Positions 1 through 7,486 of a DNA stretch of 64,000 nt are shown one piece after another. The stretch's first letter is position 1. Each line of letters opens with the position of its first letter. A program made the translations under genes and the position numbers. This stretch comes from Myxococcota bacterium. GTDB lineage: Bacteria > Myxococcota_A > SURF-8. Under the pieces are notes generated by a model that ran no database searches, had not been told where the DNA came from, and saw nothing but the letters and a program-made list of their open reading frames with translations. The stretch lies in assembly GCA_965140415.1 (NCBI GenBank), contig OZ223209.1, positions 4,064,001-4,128,000 of the forward strand, given 5' to 3'.

Positions 1-560
1 TTCTTACCGTTGACGTTGGTGACATTGCGGTAGCCGATGGGCGAGTAGCTTGGCCACATACCTTCCTTGGCCTTTTGCAGCATGCCCTTGCTGGCCTCTT
101 CACCCAAGTTCTCACAGTAGTTCTTGGCCATCAGCACCTTGATGCCGTGAAACAGCTTCTCGCTAGAACGGCTGTCAGGGCTGATGATGGTGTTCTCTTT
201 TACCAAGCACACGGTAAGTTTTAGGTCATCCAGCGTAACCCAATCCTTCAAGTTGCGGTACAGGCGGTCGGTTTTCTCTACCAGCACCGTTTTGCAGAAA
301 CCGGGGCCACCCTTTTTCAGTTCTTCCGCAAGAAACGCTGTCATTTTGCCAAATTCGCTGCGCCCTGCCTGCTTCGCTGTTTCCACGTCGATGTATTGGT
401 GCAAAATCTCCATGCCTTCGCGCTCGGCGTACTTTTCCAGCAGTTCAATCTGTGCCGGTATGCTGTAACCTTCCTTCTCCTGATCCTTGGTTGACACGCG
501 GGCATACAGCACCGCCTTTGTTTTGCCTGCCGCAATAGTGCTTGCTTGTTTGTGGGTCAT
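1..560 (-). CDS. Large serine recombinase, N-terminal part (runs off the window edge; absent from the ORF track)
   Basis: Manual translation from the ATG at 560: MTHKQASTIAAGKTKAVLYARVSTKDQEKEGYSIPAQ...VLVEKTDRLYRN...ENLGEEASKGMLQKAKEGMWPSYSPIGYRN. Contains the YARVS catalytic Ser motif, DRLxR, and the PxGY entry to the recombinase domain. Confidence 0.93.
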   Translation of the reverse strand, partial: MTHKQASTIAAGKTKAVLYARVSTKDQEKEGYSIPAQIELLEKYAEREGMEILHQYIDVETAKQAGRSEFGKMTAFLAEELKKGGPGFCKTVLVEKTDRLYRNLKDWVTLDDLKLTVCLVKENTIISPDSRSSEKLFHGIKVLMAKNYCENLGEEASKGMLQKAKEGMWPSYSPIGYRNVTNVNGK

Positions 561-885
561 CTTTCGTCCTTCCCGCCTGATCGGCTGCCTGTTGCCATGC
601 CCTGTGCGACAATAAGCATACGGAGAATTGCCGCATGGAGCAACTCGAATGTGCTTGCAATGTGCAAGCAAGCCTTCGTAACCTCGACACTTTTTGGTTT
701 ACAGGGGTGTCTTACCTGCCGCAAAGGGTGTTGCCTTTGCTTGATTGCCACCCAACCCTGTTTGCTTGGCCATTGCCGTGTGGGGTTGACCCTTGCTTGC
801 CAGCCTTTGGCCCCTGCATGCTGCATGGCCACGGTCCTGCAACGGCGTTGCACCGCCTTAATAGGAAGGGGGTGACTTATAGGTA

Positions 886-916
886 CGTCTAAAAACGCTG
901 AATCGTTTTTTAGGCG
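886..916. terminator. Inverted repeat just downstream of the 917..1792 gene (possible terminator or binding site)
   Basis: CGTCTAAAAACG-ctgaat-CGTTTTTTAGGCG imperfect hairpin next to the stop codon. Confidence 0.4.
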
Positions 917-1792
917 CTATTTTGCCTTGCCGAAAATGCGCAATATCTTCCGGTTGACGTTGTGTTGTTGGCAAGCATTAGTCCCATCTTCAATGTGCCA
1001 GTATATGTGGAATGCCGCCCGCCGCACTTTGACGCGAATCCCACCGGTGACATTTTTCAGCACGATACGTCTTGTAATATGGGCGGGCGGCACATATGAG
1101 TACGGCAGCAATACTCTGCCGTGCCCATTTCTAAGAAACCATATGGTTACACCCTCAAGAAAAGCAGCTTGATAGGCGGCGTTTTTCTCTTGTCTATTGA
1201 ACGGGCCGGGCACATCCACAACATGCTTTACCTTGCTTTGCCCTTTCGTGTGGGCGCTCACGGTTGCCCGGCATACCCCAGCCTGCTCCGCGATTGTTTC
1301 CCGAGTTCGTCCAAGGATGAGTTCAGGCAGTGGGTTTCTCAACCGCTGCCGCCAGTTTTGCGGCTTCTTCGGTTGCGGATAGGCCGCCAGTGCTTGTGTG
1401 TAAAATCTGTCCAGCTTTTTAAACCAACATGGCGACACCACCCACAGTTTGAAGGTAAACACGACAAAGCTATCGGTTGGGCGGCCATGCTCGGTCCGTC
1501 TGCTCATGTTGCGCTTTGCAAGTTCGGTCGTCACCCGTAGCCATCCGAAAATATCGGCATGCGTGCCTGCCATGTTGATGCGGGCAAAACCGCCGTTTTG
1601 AAGCAGCGTCCAAATGGTGTAGGCGTCCTTGCAATGGTTGTCCTTGAGCCAAGCCAGAAATTGCTTTTTGCCAATGCGCCCTGATCCGTTGTTCAACTCC
1701 TTGTGACAGGCCGTTGCTAGCACCCATGCCCACAATTGGCGTTTTGTACCGTGGTCCACATACGGGACCACGGGAAGGTGAATAAATGTCAT
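917..1792 (-). CDS. Hypothetical basic DNA-binding protein with HTH (possible replication or regulatory protein)
   Basis: 291-aa ORF with an HTH-like segment RTRETIAEQAGVCRATVSAH; ATGA overlap with the upstream small gene. Confidence 0.55.
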   Translation of the reverse strand: MTFIHLPVVPYVDHGTKRQLWAWVLATACHKELNNGSGRIGKKQFLAWLKDNHCKDAYTIWTLLQNGGFARINMAGTHADIFGWLRVTTELAKRNMSRRTEHGRPTDSFVVFTFKLWVVSPCWFKKLDRFYTQALAAYPQPKKPQNWRQRLRNPLPELILGRTRETIAEQAGVCRATVSAHTKGQSKVKHVVDVPGPFNRQEKNAAYQAAFLEGVTIWFLRNGHGRVLLPYSYVPPAHITRRIVLKNVTGGIRVKVRRAAFHIYWHIEDGTNACQQHNVNRKILRIFGKAK

Positions 1793-2001
1793 CGCTTGTC
1801 AGCCCTGCCCTTGGCCGTGTTACTGGCTTCGGCTTCGTTCTCTTCGGCCTCTTTCGACCACTGCATGAGCACGTCGAAAAAGCCTGCAAATCGTCTGGCG
1901 ATCACGCGGCATTGCTCGTCAGATAGTTTCTGCCCCAACCGGGGTTCCCAGACCTCTCTTGTGCGCCGCATGAAGTCTGGATTTGGTTTCGTCCGTTCCA
2001 T
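1789..2001 (-). CDS. Small hypothetical protein (70 aa) of a type often seen near serine recombinases
   Basis: MERTKPNPDFMRRTREVWEPRLGQKLSDEQCRVIARRFAGFFDVLMQWS. Its stop overlaps the next start; ATG at 2001 chosen as start. Confidence 0.6.
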   Translation of the reverse strand: MERTKPNPDFMRRTREVWEPRLGQKLSDEQCRVIARRFAGFFDVLMQWSKEAEENEAEASNTAKGRADKR

Positions 2002-2103
2002 GCGTAAAGCATAGCAACCGTGCGAAATGATCGCAACGCCTAACTGGTTGTTATTGTTCCAATATTTGGCTTTTTGGCACGTTGGCAAAAAGTGAAGCTG
2101 TTT

Positions 2104-3198
2104 TTACCAATCTTCGGTGGGGGGTGATTTGCGAATGCTTTCAAGCAAAAGGGGATCGTTGCGCTTGAGAAACTCTTCGGCAAGGCTGCGGTAATGTTTG
2201 CGGTGGAAATCGGTGTCTCGGTGCTTTGGGATATTTACGTCGATATAACCCAAATGCGCCACCAACAGGGCTAGATCGTATAAATCCATCCTCGGGTATT
2301 GGCGGGCAAACAGGCGGTACAGTTCCAGCGCCTCCCAGTGTTTGCACTCTTCATTGGTGTTGGGCAGTTTGCCTTGAAGGAATTTTAGGTGCAGGTCGTC
2401 TGCTGCAATGCGGGCTTCAAGAAAAGCCATAAGCTTCTCTTGTTCCTCTAGGGCACCCTGCTCATCGTCCAAATCCTCCAAAAAGATTTCCCCACCTTCG
2501 GTGGCTGCCGGTGGTGTCCGGTGACCAGCGCCCTCTTGGGTTTCTCGGTAAGCCTGCTCGGCCTCTTCGGCGGCTTTGCGGAAAGTGGCGATCACCTTTT
2601 CCACATCTGCATTGCGCAAGCTTTCGGCTTGTTTGATAACCTGCTTTACATCGCTTTCCAGCAAATCCCAATCCACAAAGTGCTTGTGCTCAAAATAATA
2701 CCGCACATCCTGATGCGTCATTGGCCAATAGCTAGAGTCAATTTCGGCCAATAAGCGTTTGACAAGCATGTCATCGCCCATGTCCCTAGCTTTTTCAATT
2801 TTGCCCTGCATGCGCTCGTACCAGCGCGCTTTATGACCGGATGTGGTCGTTGCATGGCAAATGTTGTGGATAAGGCGGGCATCCACTTGGGCGAGTTCAA
2901 CTGGCTCGAAGTCTTCGCGGGTAACCTTCGCCCACTGGCGTTTGGTGTAGCCTGCCTCGTCAAAGTTCATCGTAATGCAGGCGGGGTCGATCAAAATGCG
3001 CTTGTTTTCCGTGTCTGTCAGGTGGGCAAACAGCTTGTATGGCCAATGCTCTTCACCCAAGAAAGCTGCCTGCCATTTGCCGTCTTCATTCCACCGGTGA
3101 AAATATCTGCGGTTGACCTCTTCAAAGCGCCATTGCAGCACGTCATAGGCGATGGCCGGGATGTTTTTGTGTGGGTATGCGGTGCTTATAGTTGCCAT
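2104..3198 (-). CDS. SprT-like protein with a degenerate zinc motif
   Basis: N-terminal FEEVNRRYF and LIHNICH...GH..RW resemble SprT-like HExxH...H, with E replaced by N; acidic C-terminal half. Confidence 0.5.
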   Translation of the reverse strand: MATISTAYPHKNIPAIAYDVLQWRFEEVNRRYFHRWNEDGKWQAAFLGEEHWPYKLFAHLTDTENKRILIDPACITMNFDEAGYTKRQWAKVTREDFEPVELAQVDARLIHNICHATTTSGHKARWYERMQGKIEKARDMGDDMLVKRLLAEIDSSYWPMTHQDVRYYFEHKHFVDWDLLESDVKQVIKQAESLRNADVEKVIATFRKAAEEAEQAYRETQEGAGHRTPPAATEGGEIFLEDLDDEQGALEEQEKLMAFLEARIAADDLHLKFLQGKLPNTNEECKHWEALELYRLFARQYPRMDLYDLALLVAHLGYIDVNIPKHRDTDFHRKHYRSLAEEFLKRNDPLLLESIRKSPPTEDW

Positions 3199-3199
3199 G

Positions 3200-4246
3200 T
3201 CAGTGCCGAAAGGTTTCTATCTTCGCGCTTAGGGCCGCTTCCAATTCTCCAAGCTTCGCAAAGATGTTGCGCATTTGCTCTCGGCGGGCATCGAACATGC
3301 CTTGCCTCTGTACATCAAGGTCATCAAACAATTCACGCACTCGGGTAATCCATGCCTTGTCCCGATGGTCATCGTCTTGAAACACTTCGTTGAACTGCTT
3401 TTCAAAATCACGAAAGCCCATAACGTCAAACCTGCGGCCTTCGGACAACCTGCTGTCAGTTATGACCATATCGCCTAAAGCCGCCTGCCAATCCCTGTAC
3501 AGGTTGGCCTCTCGAATGCCAAGAACCTTACAAACCTCTTGTTTATGCTCTTGTGCAAGCTCAACAGGGAAATCGCCATGCAGCTTCTTGGCTAGGTACT
3601 CGCACACGTCTTTAACCAAACATGCTTGGCCATCAGCTTCTAGGTCGTTGGGTGTCGATACGCCTGCACCATGCAAATTGCTGCGCATTAGGTTTTCCAA
3701 ACCAATGGCAAGGTCTTTTTGTGCCTTTTCATCATCTGGCAAAGATACCCCTTTGCCCACCAATGCCGTGATTTCTTCAAGGCGTTGCAGCTCAATATGT
3801 GCGCCATCCGCTAAAGCTTTCTCAAGTGCTTCAATGTGGTCTGTAATTTTGTCATTATCAGGCTTTTGCGCGGGATCGAGCAGTGCCCGTTCTCTGCGAA
3901 AAGCTCTTATCCATCCAAGCACGGCAACCAAGCGGTAAACCGTGCCATGATACTTGTACACGTGGTATGGCGTATGAGGGGCCTGAGTGCTAAGGTAAAT
4001 CTGTCTTCCGGGTTCTTCGATAATTTCCTTTAAACGCCACCGAAGCGAGCCCACAGCAGAATGCAGGGGATCGGCATACAAGCGGAAAACATCTTTTCGG
4101 TGTTGCCGGGCCTTTTCTTCTCTTTGCTGGAAATTTTCCTCTGCGCTTTTACGGTGCAAATAGACCGCACTAAGAGCACCGACAAGTGCTCCACATGTCG
4201 CGCCACAAAAAGCAAAAAGCCCCGCCGCAAATTGAGAATCCATCAT
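3200..4246 (-). CDS. Hypothetical protein with N-terminal transmembrane helix
   Basis: Start at MMDSQFAAGLFAFCGATCGALVGALSAVYL (hydrophobic) followed by a charged helix; tightly packed in the operon after mrr. Confidence 0.7.
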   Translation of the reverse strand: MMDSQFAAGLFAFCGATCGALVGALSAVYLHRKSAEENFQQREEKARQHRKDVFRLYADPLHSAVGSLRWRLKEIIEEPGRQIYLSTQAPHTPYHVYKYHGTVYRLVAVLGWIRAFRRERALLDPAQKPDNDKITDHIEALEKALADGAHIELQRLEEITALVGKGVSLPDDEKAQKDLAIGLENLMRSNLHGAGVSTPNDLEADGQACLVKDVCEYLAKKLHGDFPVELAQEHKQEVCKVLGIREANLYRDWQAALGDMVITDSRLSEGRRFDVMGFRDFEKQFNEVFQDDDHRDKAWITRVRELFDDLDVQRQGMFDARREQMRNIFAKLGELEAALSAKIETFRH

Positions 4247-4268
4247 AAGCCCCTTATGCTGCCCATAC

Positions 4269-5441
4269 CTACAGTTCTTCCTCATCCCGCATGGTAGCAA
4301 AGAACGTGTCGTCCACCTCTTCAAGCTCTAGCTGGGTTTTCTTGACGCCAAGGCCGTACTTGATAAGCATGCGCACCAACTCGTCGCCGTTTATCAGCGT
4401 AATGGGTGCCGCATTCGGGAAAAGCGCCGCCTCTTGGCAGCCCTTGGTAAAATCGCTCAGCGTTATCAGCGTGCCGCGAATGGCATTGTGGTAGGGCAAG
4501 CAGCCCCGCAACTGGTCGAGGATCGGGCGGGCAACGTTGTTTCGCTGGCGTTTGACCTGCACCACTTCGGTTACGGTGGTGATACCGAACTGCACGCTGC
4601 CCACCACGTCAATGCCCTTGTCGCCGCTTACTTTGGTGACTTCGACATCTTGGTAATCCATCGCGTCCAAGAGCGCCCCGACAAGCTCTTCAAACTTTGC
4701 GGGCGGCATGTTGTGCAGGGTTTCCCTCAGTTGGTCGCGTTGTTCGGTGTTGAACGCCTGCACCATGCGGGTGATGTCCTGCTTGGGGTTTTCGCCCTGC
4801 GGTTTGGCCGCCCCAATGTATTCATTGCCCGCATCGGTAATGCTGTAGCTGTTGCCCTCGCGCATAACAAGCCCGCGTTCCACAAGGTTGAGCAAGCGCC
4901 GCCGCAAGGTGTCAATGGTTGTGCTGGTTTTGCCAAACTTGCTGTACTTGTGCAGGTAGTCGCCCCAATCGCCCAACAGGTCGCCACGCTTGGCGCTGGG
5001 TTTTGCCGCAAGCAGGGTAAGCAGGTGGAAAATGCCTTCCTGCTCGTCAAGTTCGCGGACAATGGTTTCGTCACCAACCAGAAACGCTTCGCCATTGTCG
5101 CTTAAACTATAGACACCCGAACCATTCGTTTCCAACAGTTCGTAAAGGTTGACAAGTAGATACCCGCCATAGGCGTGGCGCGGGTTTACCTGCTTCATAC
5201 TGTCCCACCACAGGTGATTGGCCAGTTCGGCACTTACACCTCGCAAACGCTCGTGTATCCAGTCATCAGGATCGGACCAATCCACCGGCTTTTGCGGTGT
5301 GCCGGTCTGCTCGTGGATGCATTTGATCATCTCACGGATGTTTTCCTTTGGTGTACCGTGCCAGATGCGAAGCAAGTGTCGCACGGTGGTGTAGTCGGGG
5401 AACAGGGGCGAACGCACACGGTATTGGCTGGGTTTGAGCAT
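4269..5441 (-). CDS. mrr: Mrr-family (type IV) restriction endonuclease with N-terminal winged-helix-like region
   Basis: C-terminal Mrr catalytic motifs: FEELVGALLDAMDY, SGDKGIDV, VQVKR, RGTLITLSDFT, ITLINGDEL. Confidence 0.88.
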   Translation of the reverse strand: MLKPSQYRVRSPLFPDYTTVRHLLRIWHGTPKENIREMIKCIHEQTGTPQKPVDWSDPDDWIHERLRGVSAELANHLWWDSMKQVNPRHAYGGYLLVNLYELLETNGSGVYSLSDNGEAFLVGDETIVRELDEQEGIFHLLTLLAAKPSAKRGDLLGDWGDYLHKYSKFGKTSTTIDTLRRRLLNLVERGLVMREGNSYSITDAGNEYIGAAKPQGENPKQDITRMVQAFNTEQRDQLRETLHNMPPAKFEELVGALLDAMDYQDVEVTKVSGDKGIDVVGSVQFGITTVTEVVQVKRQRNNVARPILDQLRGCLPYHNAIRGTLITLSDFTKGCQEAALFPNAAPITLINGDELVRMLIKYGLGVKKTQLELEEVDDTFFATMRDEEEL

Positions 5442-5452
5442 GGGGCTTATTC

Positions 5453-6631
5453 CTATTTTGAAAGCTTTCCGAAATGAAGCAGTGCCATAAGCATTCTATA
5501 ACCCGAGGTTGGGTGCCATTCCCTTAGGAGTTCCTCTGGATTTTCCAAAAGTAACGCGCGCAATTCGGCACGGCTCATATACCGCCAAGTGCTGAATTCA
5601 TAATCGGTTCGGGGGCTGCCGTGAAGAATTGAATCTAGCTGTTGACGTGTCAGAGAAAGCTTGATAATCACACAAAGCGCAATGTTTAGGATGTCGCCCT
5701 CAAGAAAAAGCGAAAGCAACTTGCAGTTATCCAAACTAAAATGCCCGTCCTCCTCATAAAGGCTCATTTCCTCATCTAACAAACGAGCGGTCCATTTGCC
5801 CAATATTCCATGCTTGGCAGTTCCTTTTAGGTCGTCTATTTGAATTTGCTCTTCTAGAGACGCCGCCCACTTGCCCCCATGCCATGCCATGTCTTTATTA
5901 CGGCGAACTATCAAACACAATGGGTCAGTATCTGCCGTGAAGATGATCGAATGTAAACAAAGACTGTTTGCAAATGTAACCCTTCGATCCACATATAGCT
6001 GTTGAAGTGCGGCCTCTCGCATTTCTGGGTTTGTGGCGATGAATTCGTTCGAATATCTAACCACGCTGTATTTTGTGTTTACAACTCGAAGCGTTAGCTC
6101 TTTATCACCATCAGAATATACTTTGGGCAACAACGCCAAGCATAGTTTGTCGCCATCACGCTGGAATTCATCCGCCTTATCGTCTGCATAATTGCGATAG
6201 GACTGGCTGTGCTCTTCTGGAAGGGCAAATGCCTCATTTGTGTAAAGCAGCTTGACCATGCTCAAAGGCCAACCACTAGCAGCATGCTTAACACCATCAG
6301 GGTGAATCTCAATGCTTTTTGCATTGCCGTAAATGGGGGGTCCAGGGTTGATCTCCCTAAACAATGGGTCGGTATGTTTTTCTGCAATTTCGGCAAGGAT
6401 TTCCCATGCAGTTTTTTCTCTTTTATTTTCTCTCCATGCAAAATAGACATTCTTAAATATCCAATAAATGGCTGCCATTGCTAAAAGAACAATAGCGAAA
6501 TACATTGGCTCAATTATTGGTTTATCCGGTGGGTATACGACAAAAACGACGACGGCCCCAAAAACAGCAAGCCATAATGGTAATGCTATTTTTTCCAATC
6601 TCGACATCACATAACCTTCTTTTCGAAACAT
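5453..6631 (-). CDS. 2-TM protein with C-terminal Nudix-like domain
   Basis: Two N-terminal hydrophobic helices; LIVRRN...GKWAASLEEQ...RLLDEEMSL resembles a divergent Nudix box; AT-rich relative to its flanks. Confidence 0.6.
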   Translation of the reverse strand: MFRKEGYVMSRLEKIALPLWLAVFGAVVVFVVYPPDKPIIEPMYFAIVLLAMAAIYWIFKNVYFAWRENKREKTAWEILAEIAEKHTDPLFREINPGPPIYGNAKSIEIHPDGVKHAASGWPLSMVKLLYTNEAFALPEEHSQSYRNYADDKADEFQRDGDKLCLALLPKVYSDGDKELTLRVVNTKYSVVRYSNEFIATNPEMREAALQQLYVDRRVTFANSLCLHSIIFTADTDPLCLIVRRNKDMAWHGGKWAASLEEQIQIDDLKGTAKHGILGKWTARLLDEEMSLYEEDGHFSLDNCKLLSLFLEGDILNIALCVIIKLSLTRQQLDSILHGSPRTDYEFSTWRYMSRAELRALLLENPEELLREWHPTSGYRMLMALLHFGKLSK

Positions 6632-6643
6632 ATCATTTCCCTT

Positions 6644-6739
6644 TCACCCTTCCTCCACCAACCGCACTTTATCCATCCTTACGGTGGCATAGTCGGGGAA
6701 CAGGGTCGAACGCACGCGGTATTGACTAGGTTTGAGCAT
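6644..6739 (-). repeat. Chimeric mini-ORF (31 aa): copy of the mrr 5' end fused in frame to a copy of the type IIG 3' end
   Basis: Translates MLKPSQYRVRSTLFPDYATVRMDKVRLVEEG*. Mrr begins MLKPSQYRVRSPLFPDYTTVR (ATG at 5441); the type IIG protein ends EVRLVEEG* (stop at 7487). Confidence 0.92.
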
Positions 6740-6763
6740 GGGGTGCTGTCTCGTTATTTTAGG

Positions 6764-7483
6764 TTATAGTTTCTTAATCTCTGCAACAGTTTGTTTAAAC
6801 TCACTCATAGTCTGATGAATTACACCCCCCATTCCCACAATGTAAACAATGGCTATAATGGGAAAAGCCAACTTATCGGACACGGTCTGAGGTACAAGCC
6901 AGCAGCAAACAAAAAATATCATCAGCAGTATTGCTCCGCTTAAAGCGCTATCACGCCTATTGGCTTTTATACGTTTAAGGTGTGGTTTGATTACTCTGTC
7001 CCAAATGTTGACTTTCGGATCATTCTCAAAATCTTGCGTTTTTAGTAATTGTATTCTGTTGTGAACAAGGAATGATGCAGTGAAGCACATCATGCTCATT
7101 ACCAGCAACCACGCCATAGGTGCCACCTCCAAAGCTCCGGGAGTAAGCACTGCGAAACTTAAAAATTCCACCACAGCCATAATCATTGGTAGTACCAAAT
7201 CGTCGAAATTCATACGGTAGGTTACAAGTAATGTACCACTTTGGGTTGTTAGATGAGTTACGAGAAATGAAGAAAAACTAGCCAGCCAAAACAACAATAA
7301 CAGGATATTATTATCATTTGCCATGAGTATTAATGAAAGTGTGTAGGCCGCGTATGCCAGTGAAGTGCCTTTCATTATGCCATAGGAAAACGTGTACGAG
7401 GCCCGCGTATTGTCCTTCGCCCTGCATTTCAAATCATCTTTAGATATCTGCATGCTGCACATGGCTTCAGTTTTCTCTTCCAT
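6764..7483 (-). CDS. Hypothetical polytopic membrane protein (~6 TM)
   Basis: 239 aa with multiple hydrophobic segments, AT-rich; starts 3 nt after the type IIG stop. Confidence 0.7.
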   Translation of the reverse strand: MEEKTEAMCSMQISKDDLKCRAKDNTRASYTFSYGIMKGTSLAYAAYTLSLILMANDNNILLLLFWLASFSSFLVTHLTTQSGTLLVTYRMNFDDLVLPMIMAVVEFLSFAVLTPGALEVAPMAWLLVMSMMCFTASFLVHNRIQLLKTQDFENDPKVNIWDRVIKPHLKRIKANRRDSALSGAILLMIFFVCCWLVPQTVSDKLAFPIIAIVYIVGMGGVIHQTMSEFKQTVAEIKKL

Positions 7484-7486
7484 TTT

